Shown: one piece after another, positions 28,101 through 42,270 of the stretch
Numbering within the stretch: the stretch's first letter is position 1
Layout: every line of letters starts with the position of its first letter
Assembly (NCBI RefSeq): GCF_009914755.1
Contig: NC_060925.1
Length of the DNA stretch: 64,000 nt
Direction: 5' to 3' (one strand)
Origin: the human T2T-CHM13v2.0 reference genome, Homo sapiens
Notes under the pieces: model-generated
What the model saw: only the letters and a program-made list of their open reading frames with translations
Told to the model about the DNA's origin: nothing
The model's database searches: none
Made by a program: the position numbers and the translations under genes

Positions 28101-31100
28101 GGAAATGAATGGAATCGTCATAGAATGGAATCGAATGGATTCATTGAATGGAATCAGATGGAATCATCGAATGGACTGGAATGGAATCATTGAATGGACT
28201 CGAGAGAGATCATTATTGAATGGAATTGAATGGAATCATGGAATGGTCTCGATTGGAATCATTATCAAATGGAATCGAATGGAATCACCGAATAGAATCG
28301 AATGGAACAATCATCGAATGGACTCCAATGGAATTATCCTCAAATGGAATCGAATGGAATTATCGAATGCAATCGAATGGAATTATCGAATGCAATCGAA
28401 TAGAATCATCGAATGGACTCGAATGGAATCATCGAATGGAATGGAATGGAACAGTCAATGAACTCGAATGGAATCATCATTGAATGGAATCGAATGGAAT
28501 CATCGAGTGGAATCGAATGGAATTATGATCAAATGGAATCGAATGTAATCATCATCAAATGGAATCAAAGATAACCATCATCAATTGGTATTGAATGGAA
28601 TTGTCATCAAATGGAATTCAAAGGAATCATCACCAAATGGAACCGAAAGGAATCCTCATTGAATGGAAATGAAAGGGGTCATCATCTAATGGAATCGCAT
28701 GGAATCATCATCAAATGGAATCGAATGGAATCATCATCAGATGGAATCTAATGGAATCATTGAACAGAATTGAATGGAATCGTCATCGAATGAATTGAAT
28801 GCAATCATCGAATGGTCTCGAATGGAATCATCTTCTAATGGAAAGGAATGGAATCATCGCATAGAATCGAATGGAATTAACATTGAATGGACTCGAATGG
28901 AATCAACATCAAACGGAATCAAGCGGAATTATCGAATGGAATCGAAGAGAATCATCGAATGGACTCGAATGGAATCATCTAATGGAATGGAATGGAATAA
29001 TCCACGGACTCGAATGCAACCACCATCGTATAGAATCGAATGGAAACATCGAATGGACTCGAATGGAATAATCATTGAACGGAATCGAATGGAATCATCA
29101 TCGGATGGAAACGAATGGAATCATCATCGAATGGAAATGAAAGGAGTCATCTAATGGAATTGCATGGAAACATCATCAAATGGAATCGAATGGAATCAAC
29201 ATCAAATGGAATCTAATGGAATCATTGAACGGAATTGAATGGAATCGTCATCGAATGAATTGAATGCAATCATCGAATGGTCTCGAATGGAATCATCTTC
29301 AAATGGAATGGAATGGAATCATCGCATAGAATCGAATGGAATTATCATCGAATGGAATCGAATGGAATCAACATCAAACGGAAAAAAACGGAATTATCGA
29401 ATGGAATCGAAGAGAATCATCGAATGGACCCGAATGGAATCATCTAATGGAATGGAATGGAATAATCCATGGACTCGAATGCAATCATCATCGAATGGAA
29501 TCGAATGGAATCATCGAATGGACTCGAATGGAATAATCATTGAACGGAATCGAATGGAATCATCATCGGATGGAAATGAATGGAATCATCATCGAATGGA
29601 ATCGAATAGAATTATGGAATGAAATCCAGTGTGATCATCATCGAATGGACCCGAATGGAATCATCATCCAACGGAAGCTAATGGAATCAACATCGAATGA
29701 ATCGAATGGAAACACCATCGAATTGAAACGAATGGAATTATCATGAAATTGAAATGGATGGACTCATCATCGAATGGATTCGAATGGAATCATCGAATAA
29801 AATTGATTGAAATCATCATCAAATTGAATCGAATGGTATCATTGAATGGAATCGAATGGAATCATCATCAGATGGAAAAGAATGGAATCGTCATAGAATG
29901 GAATCGAATGGATTCATTGAATGGAATCAGATGGAATCATCGAATGGACTGGAATGGAATCATTGAATGGACTCGAAAGGGATCATGATTGAATGGAATT
30001 GAATGGAATCATCGAATGGTCTCGATTGGAATCATTACCAAATGGAATCGAATGGAATCACCGAATAGAATCGAATGGAACAATCATCGAATGGACTCCA
30101 ATGGAATTATCCTCAAATGGAATCGAATGGAATTATCGAATGCAATCGAATGGAATTATCGAATGCAATAGAATAGAATCATCGAATGGACTCGAATGGA
30201 ATCATCGAATGGAATGGAATGGAACAGTCAATGAACTCGAATGGAATCATCATTGAATGGAATCGAATGGAATCATCGAGTGGAATCGAATGGAATTATG
30301 ATCAAATGGAATCGAATGTAATCATCATCAAATGGAATCAAAGATAACCATCATCAATTGGTATTGAATGGAATTGTCATCAAATGGAATTCAAAGGAAT
30401 CATCATCAAATGGAACCGAATGGAATCCTCATTGAATGGAAATGAAAGGGGTCATCATCTAATGGAATCACATGGAATCATCATCAAATGGAATCGAATG
30501 GAATCATCATCAAATGGAATCTAATGGAATCATTGAACAGAATTGAATGGAATCGTCATCGAATGAATTGAATACAATCATCGAATGGTCTCGAATGCAA
30601 TCATCTTCTAATGGAAAGGAATGGAATCATCGCATAGAATCGAATGGAATTAACATTGAATGGACTCGAATGGAATCAACATCAAAGGGAATCAAGCGGA
30701 ATTATCGAATGTAATCGAAGAGAACCATGGAATGGACTCGAATGGAATCATCTAATGGAATGGAATGGAATAATCCACGGACTCGAATGCAATCATCATC
30801 GTATAGAATCGAATGGAATCATTGAATGGACTCGAATGGAATAATCATTGAATGGAATCGAATGGAATCATCATCGGATGGAAACGAATGGAATTATCAT
30901 CCAATGGAAATGAAAGGAGTCATCATCTAATGGAATCGCATGGAATCATCATAAAATGGAATCGAATGGAATCAACATCAAATGGAATCAAATGGAATCA
31001 TTGAACGGAATTGAATGGAATCGTCATCGAATGAATTGAATGCAATCATCGAATGGTCTCGAATGGAATCATCTTCAAATGGAATGGAATGGAATCATCG

Positions 31101-31500
31101 CATAGAATCGAATGGAATTATCATCGAATGGAATCGAAAGGTATCAACATCAAACGGAAAAAAACGGAATTATCGAATGGAATCGAAGAGAATCATCGAA
31201 CGGACTCGAATGGAATCATCTAATGGAAAGGAATGGAATAATCCATGGACTCGAATCCAATCATCATCGAATGGAATCGAATGGAATCATTGAAAGGACT
31301 CTAATGGAATAATCATTGAAGGGAATCGAATGGAATCATCATCGAATGGAAACTAATGGAATCATCATCGAATGGAAATGAAAGGAATCATCATCTAATG
31401 GAATTGCATGGAATCATCATAAAATGGAATCGAATGGAATCAACATCAAATGGAATGAAACGGAATCATTGAACGGAATTGAATGGAATCTTCATCGAAT
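11002..31500 (+). repeat. Imperfect higher-order repeat R-S-T-(P')-P with periods of ~10.26 kb and ~8.49 kb
   Basis: Offsets 10257 (11002/21259, 11900/22157), 10247 (12736/22983), 10273 (14018/24291, 15457/25730, 17697/27970), then 8497/8484/8487 (20277/28774, 21259/29743, 22625/31112). Confidence 0.85.
14018..15421 (+). repeat. Example of the internal 468-bp module in 3 tandem copies
   Basis: Module starts at 14018, 14486 and 14954 (spacing 468, 468), each followed by GGTCTCGAATGG...CATCGCATAGAATC...CAAACGG...GAAGAGAATC. The last copy runs into the unit-terminal GAAATCCAGTGTG segment. Confidence 0.9.
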
Positions 31501-34500
31501 GAATTGAATGCAATCATCGAATGGTCTCGAATGGAATCATCTTCAAATGGAATGGAATGGAATCATCGCATAGAATCGAATGGAATTATCATCAAATGGT
31601 ATCAACATCAAACGGAAAAAAACGGAATTATCGAATGGAATCGAAGAGAATCATCGAACGGACCCGAATGGAATCATCTAATGGAATGGAATGGAATAAC
31701 CATGGACTCGAATGCAATCATCATCGAATGGAATCGAGTGGAATCATCGAATGGACTCGAATGGAATAATCATTGAACGGAATCGAATGGAATCATCATC
31801 GGATGGAAATGAATGGAATCATCATCGAATGGAATCGAATAGAATTATGGAATGAAATCCAGTGTGATCATCATCGAATGGACCCGAATGGAATCATCAT
31901 CCAACGGAAGCTAATGGAATCAACATCGAATGAATGGAATGGAACCACCATCGAATTGAAACGAATGGAATTATCATGAAATTGAAATGGATGGACTCAT
32001 CATCGAATGGATTCGAATGGAATCATCGAATAAAATTGATTGAAATCATCATCAAATGGAATCGAATGGTATCATTGAATGGAATCGAATGGAATCATCA
32101 TCAGATGGAAATGAATGGAATCGTCATAGAATGGAATCGAATGGATTCATTGAATGGAATCAGATCGAATCATCGAATGGACTGGAATGGAATCATTGAA
32201 TGGACTCGAAAGGGATCATTATTGAATGGAATTGAATGGAATCATCGAACGGTCTCGATTGGAATCATTATCAAATGGAATCGAATGGAATCACCGAATA
32301 GAATCGAATGGAACAATCATCGAATGGACTCAAATGGAATTACCCTCAAATGGAATCGAATGGAATTATCGAATGCACTCGAATGGAATTATCAAATGCA
32401 TTCGAATAGAATCATCGAATGGACTCGAATGGAATCATCGAATGGAATGGAATGGAACAGTGAATGAACTCGAATGGAATCATCATTGAATGGAATCGAA
32501 TGGAATCATCGAGTGGAATCGAATGGAATTATGATCAAATGGAATCGAATGTAATCATCATCAAATGGAATCAAAAATAACCATCATCAATTGGTATTGA
32601 ATGGAATTGTCATCAAATGGAATTCAAAGGAATCATCATCAAATGGAACCGAATGCAATCCTCATTGAATGGAAATGAAAGGGGTCATCATCTAATGGAA
32701 TCGCATGGAATCATCATCCAATGGAATCGAATGGAATCATCATCAAATGGAATCTAATGGAATCATTGAACAGAATTGAATGGAATCGTCATCGAATGAA
32801 TTGAATGCAATCATCGAATGGTCTCGAATGGAATCATCTTCTAATGGAAAGGAATGGAATCATCGCATAGAATCGAATGGAATTAACATTGAATGGACTC
32901 GAATGGAATCAACATCAAACGGAATCAAGCGGAATTATCGAATGTAATCGAAGAGAATCATCGAATGTACACGAATGGAATCTTCTAATGGAATGGATTG
33001 GAATAATCCACGGACTCGAATGCAATCATCATCGTATAGAATCGAATGGAATCATTGAATGGACTCAAATGGAATAATCATTGAACTTAATCGAATGGAA
33101 TCATCATCGAATGGAAACGAATGGAATCATCATCGAATGGAAATGAAAGGAGTCATCATGTAATGGAATTGCATGGAATCATCATAAAATGGATTCCAAT
33201 CGAATCAACATCAAATGGAATCAAATGGAATCATTGAACGGAATTGAATGGAATCGTCATCGAATGAATTGAATGCAATCATCGAATGGTCTCGAATGGA
33301 ATCATCTTCAAATGGAATGGAATGGAATCATCGCATAGAATCGAATGGAATTATCATCGAATGGAATCGAATGGAATCAACATCAAACGGAAAAAAACGG
33401 AATTATCGAATGGAATCGAAGAGAATCATCGAATGTACCTGAATGGAATCATCTAATGGAATGGAATGGAATAATCCATGGACTCGAATGCAATCATCAT
33501 AAAATGGAATCGAATGGAATCATCGAATGGACTCGAATGGAATAATCATTGAATGGAATCGAATGGAATCATCATGGGATGGAAATGAATGGAATCATCA
33601 TCGAATGGAATCGAATAGAATTATGGAATGAAATCCAGTGTGATTATCATCGAATGGACCCGAATGGAATCATCATCCAACGGAAGCTAATGGAATCAAC
33701 ATCGAATGAATCGAATGGAAACACCATCGAATTGAAACGAATGGAATTATCATGAAATTGAAATGGATGGACTCATCATCGAATGGATTCGAATGGAATC
33801 ATCGAATAAAATTGATTGAAATCATCATCCAATGGAATCGAATGGTATCATTGAATGGAATCGAATGGAATCATCATCAGATGGAAATGAATGGAATCGT
33901 CATAGAATGGAATCGAATGGATTCATTGAATGGAATCAGATGGAATCATCGAATGGACTGGAATGGAATCATTGAATGGACTCGAAAGGGATCATTATTG
34001 AATGGAATTGAATGGAATAATCGAATGGTCTCGGTTGGAATCATTATCAAATGGAATCGAATGGAATCACCGAATAGAATCGAATGGAACAATCATCGAA
34101 TGGAGTCAAATGGAATTATCCTCAAATGGAATCGAATGGAATTATCGAATGCAATCGAATGGAATTATCGAATGCAATCGAATAGAATCATCGAATGGAC
34201 TCGAATGGAATCATCGAATGGAATGGAATGGAACAGTCAATGAACTCGAATGGAATCATCATTGAATGGAATCGAATGGAATCATCGAGTGGAATCGAAT
34301 GGAAATATGATCAAATGGAATCGAACGTAATCATCATCAAATGGAATCAAAAATAAACATCATCAATTGGTATTGAATGGAATTGTCATCAAATGGAATT
34401 CAAAGGAATCATCATCAAATGGAACCGAATGGAATCCTCATTGAATGGAAATGAAAGGGGTCATCATCTAATGGAATCCCATGGAATCATCATCAAATGT

Positions 34501-36328
34501 AATCGAATGGAATCATCATCAAATGGAATCTAATGGAATCATTGAACAGAATTGAATGGAATCGTCATCGAATGAATTGAATACAATCATCGAATGGTCT
34601 CGAATGCAATCATCTTCTAATGGAAAGGAATGGAATCATCGCATAGAATCGAATGGAATTAACATTGAATGGACTCGAATGGAATCAACATCAAACGGAA
34701 TCAAGCGGAATTATCGAATGTAATCGAAGAGAACCATCGAATGGACTCGAATGGAATCATCTAATGGAATGGAATGGAATAATCCATGGACTCGAATGCA
34801 ATCATCATCGTATAGAATCGAATGGAATCATCGAATGGACTCGAATGGAATAATCATTGAACGGAATCGAATGGAATCATCATCGGATGGAAACGAATGG
34901 AATCATCATCGAATGGAAATGAAAGGAGTCATCTAATGGAATTGCATGGAATCATCATCAAATGGAATCGAATGGAATCAACATCAAATGGAATCAAATG
35001 GAATCATTGAACGGAATTGAATGGAATCGTCATCGAATGAATTGAATGCAATCATCGAATGGTCTCGAATGGAATCATCTTCAAATGGAATGGAATGGAA
35101 TCATCGCATAGAATCGAATGGAATTATCATCGAATGGATTCGAATGGAATCAACATCAAACGGAAAAAAACGGAATTATCGAATGGAATCGAAGAGAATC
35201 ATCGAATGGACCCGAATGGAATCATCTAATGGAATGGAATGGAATAATCCATGGACTCGAAAGCAATCATCATCGAATGGAATCGAATCGAATCATCGAA
35301 TGGACTCGAATGGAATAATCACGGAACGGAATCGAATGAAATCATCATCGGATGGAAATGTATGGAATCATCATCGAATGGAATCGAATAGAATTATGGA
35401 ATGAAATCCAGTGTGATCATCATCGAATGGACCCGAATGGAATCATCATCCAACGGAAGCTAATGGAATCAACATCGAATGAATCGAATGGAAACACCAT
35501 CGAATTGAAACGAATGGAATTATCATGAAATTGAAATGGATGGACTCATCATCGAATGGATTCGAATGGAATCATCGAATAAAATTGATTGAAATCATCA
35601 TCAAATGGAATCGAATGGTATCATTGAATGGAATCGAAAGGAATCATCATCAGATGGAAATGAATGGAATCGTCATAGAATGGAATCGAATGGATTCATT
35701 GAATGGAATCAGATGGAATCATCGAATGGACTGGAATGGAATCATTGAATGGACTCGAGAGGGATCATTATTGAATGGAATTGAATGGAATCATGGAATG
35801 GTCTCGATTGGAATCATTATCAAATGGAATCGAATGGAATCACCGAATAGAATCGAATGGAACAATCATCGAATGGACTCCAATGGAATTATCCTCAAAT
35901 GGAATCGAATGGAATTATCGAATGCAATCGAATGGAATTATCGAATGCAATCGAATAGAATCATCGAATGGACTCGAATGGAATCATCGAATGGAATGGA
36001 ATGGAACAGTCAATGAACTCGAATGGAATCATCATTGAATGGAATCGAATGGAATCATCGAGTGGAATCGAATGGAATTATGATCAAATGGAATCGAATG
36101 TAATCATCATCAAATGGAATAAAAAATAACCATCATCAATTGGTATTGAATGGAATTGTCATGAAATGGAATTCAAAGGAATCATCATCAAATGGAACCG
36201 AATGGAATCCTCATTGAATGGAAATGAAAGGGGTCATCATCTAATGGAATCCCATGGAATCATCATCAAATGGAATCGAATGGAATCAACATCAAATGGA
36301 ATCAAATGGAATCATTGAACGGAATTGA

Positions 36329-39192
36329 ATGGAATCGTCATCGAATGAATTGAATGCAATCATCGAATGGTCTCGAATGGAATCATCTTCTAATGGAATG
36401 GAATGGAATCATCGCATAGAATCGAATGGAATTATCATCGAATGGAATCGAATGGTATCAACATCAAACGGAAAAAAACGGAATTATCGAATGGAATCGA
36501 AGAGAATCATCGAACGGACCCGAATGGAATCATCTAATGGAATGGAATGGAATAATCCATGCACTCGAATGCAATCATCATCGAATGGAATCGAATGGAA
36601 TCATTGAATGGACTCGAATGGAGTAATCATTGAACGGAATCGAATGGAATCATCATGGGATGGAAACGAATGGAATCATCATCGAATGGAAATGAAAGGA
36701 GTCATCATCTAATGGAATTGCATGAAATCATCATAAAATGGAATCGAATGGAATCAACATCAAATGGAATCAAATGGAATCATTGAACGGAATTGAATGA
36801 AATCATCATCGAATGAATTGAATGCAATCATCGAATGGTCTCGAATGGAATCATCTTCAAATGGAACGGAATGGAATCATCGCATAGAATCGAATGGAAT
36901 TATCATCGAATGGAATCGAATGGTATCAACATCAAACGGAAAAAAACGGAATTATCGAATGGAATCGAAGAGAATCATCGAACGGACCCGAATGGAATCA
37001 TCTAATGGAATGGAATGGAATAATCCATGGACTCGAATGCAATCATCATCGAATGGAATCGAATGGAATCATCGAATGGACTCAAATAGAATAATCATTG
37101 AACGGAATCGAATGGAATCATCATCGGATGGAAACGAATGGAATCATCATCGAATGGAAATGAAAGGAGTCATCATCTAATGGAATTGCATGGAATCATC
37201 ATAAAATGGAATCGAATGGAATCAACATCAAATGGAATCAAATGGAATCATTGAACGGAATTGAATGGAATCGTCATCGAATGAATTGAATGTAATCATC
37301 GAATGGTCTCGAATGGAATCATCTTCAAATGGAATGGAATGGAATCATCTTCAAATGGAATGGAATGGAATCATCGCATAGAATCGAATGGAATTATCAT
37401 CGAATGGAATCGAATGGTATCAACATCAAACGGAAAAAAACGGAATTATCGAATGGAATCGAAGAGAATCATCAAATGGACAAGAATGGAATCATCTAAT
37501 GGAATGGAATGGAATAATCCATGGACTCGAATGCAATCATCATCGAATGGAATCGAATGGAATCATCGAATGTACTCGAATGGAATAATCACTGAACGGA
37601 ATCGAATGGAATCATCATCGGATGGAAACGAATGGAATCATCATCGAATGGAAATGAAAGGAGTCATGTAATGGAATTGCATGGAATCATCATAAAATGG
37701 AATCGAATGGAATCAACATCAAATGGAATCCAATGGAATCATAGAACAGAATTGAATGGAATCGTCATCGAATCAATTGAATGCAATCATCGAATGGTCT
37801 CGAATGGAATCATGTTCAAATGGAATGCAATGGAATCATCGCATAGAATCGAATGTAATTATCATCGAATGGAATCGAATGAAATCAACCACAAACGGAA
37901 ATAAAAGGAATTATCGAATGGAATCGAAGAGAATCATCGAATGGACCCGAATGGAATCATCTAATGTAATGGAATGGAATAATCCATGGACTCGAATGCA
38001 ATCATCATCGAATGGAATCGAATGGAATCATCGAATGGACTCGAATGGAGTAATCGTTGAACGGAATCGAATGGAATCATCATCGGATGGAAACGAATTG
38101 AATCATCATCGAATGGAAATGAAAGGAGTCATGTAATGGAATTGCATGGAATCATCATAAAATGGAATCGAATGGAATCAACATCAAATGGAATCCAATG
38201 GAATCATTGAACGGAATTGAATGGAATCGTCATCGAATGAATTGAATGCAATCATCGAATGGTCTCGAATGGAATCATCTTCAAATGGAATGGAATGGAA
38301 TCATCGCATAGAATCGAATGGAATTATCATCGAATGGAGTCGAATGGTATCAACATCAAACGGAAAAAAACGGAATTATCGAATGGAATCGAAGAGAATC
38401 ATCGAACGGTCCCGAATGGAATCATCTAATGGAATGGAATGGAATAATCCATGGACTCGAATGCAATCATCATCGAATGGAATCGAATGGAATCATCGAA
38501 TGGACTCGAATGGAATAATCATTGAACAGAATCGAATGGAATCATCATCGGATGGAAACGAATGGAATCATCATCGAATGGAAATGAAAGGAGTCATCAT
38601 CTAATGGAATTGCATGGAATCATCATAAAATGGAATCGAATGGAATGAACATCAAATGGAATCAAATGGAATCATTGAACGGAATTGAATGGAATCGTCA
38701 TCAAATGAATTGAATGCAATCATCGAATGGTCTCGAATGGAATCATCTTCTAATGGAAAGTAATGGAATCATCGCATAGAATCGAATGGAATTAAAATTG
38801 AATGGACTCGAATGGAATCAACATCAAACGGAAAAAAACGGAATTATCGAATGGAATCGAAGAGAATCATCGAATGGACCCGAATGGAATCATCTAATGG
38901 AATGGAATGGAATAATCCATGGACTCGAATGCAATCATCATCGAATGGAATCGAATGGAATCATCGAATGGACTCGAATGGAATAATCATCGAACGGAAT
39001 CGAATGGAATCATCATCGGATGGAAATGAATGGAATCATCATCGAATGGAATCGAATAGAATTATGGAATGAAATCCAGTGTGATCATCATCGAATGGAC
39101 CCGAATGGAATCATCATCCAACGGAAGCTAATGGAATCAACATCGAATGAATCGAATGGAAACACCATCGAATTGAAACGAATGGAATTATC
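36329..39192 (+). repeat. Six tandem copies of the 468-bp module (unit 35525-39192, 3,668 bp)
   Basis: Module starts at 36329, 36797, 37265, 37756, 38221, 38689, with no unit landmark between 35525 and 39193. Confidence 0.9.
37311..37362 (+). repeat. 26-bp perfect tandem duplication
   Basis: GAATGGAATCATCTTCAAATGGAATG x2. Confidence 0.9.
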
Positions 39193-39996
39193 ATGAAATT
39201 GAAATGGATGGACTCATCATCGAATGGATTCGAATGGAATCATCGAATAAAATTGATTGAAATCATCATCAAATGGAATCGAATGGTATCATTGAATGGA
39301 ATCGAATGGAATCATCATCAGATGGAAATGAATGGAATCGTCATAGAATGGAATCGAATGGATTCATTGAATGGAATCAGATGGAATCATCGAATGGACT
39401 GGAATGGAATCACTGAATGGACTCGAAAGGGATCGTCATTGAATGGAATTGAATGGAATCATCGAATGGTCTCGATTGGAATCATTATCAAATGGAATCG
39501 AATGAAATCACCGAATAGAATCGAATGGAACAATCATCGAATGGACTCAAATGGAATTATCTTCAAATGGAATGGAATGGAATTATCGAATGCAATCGAA
39601 TGGAATTATCGAATGCAATCGAATAGAATCATCGAATGGACTCGAATGGAATCATCGAATGGAATGGAATGGAACAGTCAATGAACTCGAATGGAATCAT
39701 CATTGAATGGAATCGAATGGAATCATCGAGTGGAATCGAATGGAATTATGATCAAATGGAATCGAATGTAATCATCATCAAATGGAATCAAAAATAACCA
39801 TCATCAATTGGTATTGAATGGATTTGTCATCAAATGGAATTCAAAGGAATCATCATCAAATGGAACCGAATGGAATCCTCATTGAATGGAAATGAAAGGG
39901 GTCATCATCTAATGGAATCGCATGGAATCATCATCAAATGGAATCGAATACAATCTTCATCAAATGGAATCTAATGGAATCATTGAACAGAATTGA

Positions 39997-42270
39997 ATGG
40001 AATCGTCATCGAATGAATTGAATGCAATCATCGAATGGTCTCGAATGGAATCATCTTCTAATGGAAAGGAATGGAATCATCGCATAGAATCGAATGGAAT
40101 TAACATTGAATGGACTCGAATGGAATCAACATCTAACGGAATCAAGGGGAATTATCGAATGTAATCGAAGAGAACCATCGAATGGACTCGAATGGAATCA
40201 TCTAATGGAATGGAATGGAATAATCCACGGACTCGAATGCAATCATCATCGTATAGAATCGAATGGAATCATTGAATGGACTCGAATGGAATCATCATTC
40301 AACGGAATCGAATGGAATCATCATCGGATGGAAACGAATGGAATCATCATCGAATGGAAATGAAAGGAGTCATCATCTAATGGAATTGCATGAAATCATC
40401 GTCAAATGGAATCGAATGGAATCAACATCAAATGGAATCAAATGGAATCATTGAACGGAATTGAATGGAATCGTCATCGAATGAATTGAATGCAATCATC
40501 GAATGGTCTCGAATGGTATCATCTTCAAATGGAATGGAATGGAATCATCGCATAGAATCGAATGGAATTATCATCGAATGGAATCGAATGGAATCAACAT
40601 CAAACGGAATCAAGCGGAATTATCGAATGTAATCGAAGAGAACCATCGAATGGACTCGAATGGAATCATCTAATGGAATGGAATGGAATAATCCCCGGAC
40701 TCGAATGCAATCATCCTCGTATAGAATCGAATGCAATCATTGAATGGACTCGAATGGAATAATCATTGAACGGAATCGAATGGAATCATCATCGGATGGA
40801 AACGAATGGAATCATCATCGAATGGAAATGAAAGGAGTCATCATCTAATGGAATTGCATGCAATCATCATAAAATGGAATCGAATGGAATCAACATCAAA
40901 TGGAATCAAATGGAATCATTGAACGGAATTGAATGGAATCGTCATCGAATGAATTGAATGCAATCATCCAATGGTCTCGAATGGAATCATCTTCAAATGG
41001 AATGGAATGGAATCATCGCATAGAATCAAATGGAATTATCATCGAATGTTATTGAATGGTATCAACAACAAACGGAACAAAACGGAATTATCGAATGGAA
41101 TCGAAGAGAATCATCGAACGGACCCGAATGGAATCATCTAATGGAATGGAATGGAATAATCCGTGGACTCGAATGCAATCATCATCGAATGGAATCGAAT
41201 GGAATCATCGAATGGAACCGAATGGAATAATCATTGAACGGAATCGAATGGAATCATCATCGGATGGAAACGAAAGGAATCATCATCGAATGGAAATGAA
41301 AGGAGTCATCTAATGGAATTGCACGGAATCAACATAAAATGGAATCGAATGGAATCAACATCAAATGGAATCAAATGGAATCATTGAACAGAATTGAATG
41401 GAATAGTCATCGAATGAATTGAATGCAATCATCGAATGGTCTCGAATGGAATCATCTTCAAATGGAATGGAATGGAATCATCGCATAGAATCGAATGGAG
41501 TTATCATCGAATGGAATCGAATGGAATCAACATCAAACGGATAAAAACGGAATTATCGAATGGAATCGAAGAGAATCATCGAACGGACCCGAATGGAATC
41601 ATCTAATGGAATGGAATGGAATAATCCATGGACTCGAATGCAATCATCATCGAATGGAATCGAATGGAATCATCGAATGGACTCGAAATGAATAATCATT
41701 GAACGGAATCGAATGGAATCATCATCGGATGGAAACGAATGGAATCATCATCGAATGGAAATGAAAGGAGTCATCTAATGGAATTGCACGGAATCAACAT
41801 AAAATGGAATCGAATGGAATCAACATCAAATGGAATCAAACGGAATCATTGAACGGAATTGAATGGAATTGTCATCGAATGAATTGAATGCAATCATCGA
41901 ATGGTCTCGAATGGAATCAGCTTCAAATGGAATGGAATGGAATCATCGCATAGAATCGAATGGAATTATCATCGAATGGAATCGAATGGAATCAACATCA
42001 AACGAAAAATCGGAATTATCGTATGGAATCGAATGGAATCATCGAATGGACTCGAATGGAATAATCATCCAACGGAATCGAATGGAGTCATCATCAGATG
42101 GAAATGAATGGAATCATCATCGAATGGAATCGAATAGAATTATGGAATGAAATCCAGTGTGATCATCATCGAATGGACCCGAATGGAATCATCATCCAAC
42201 GGAAGCTAATGGAATCAACATCGAATGAATCGAATGGAAACACCATCGAATTGGAACGAATGGAATTATC
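39997..42270 (+). repeat. Five tandem copies of the 468-bp module, last one internally deleted
   Basis: Starts at 39997, 40465, 40933, 41398, 41863. The last segment is 408 bp instead of 504 bp. Confidence 0.85.
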
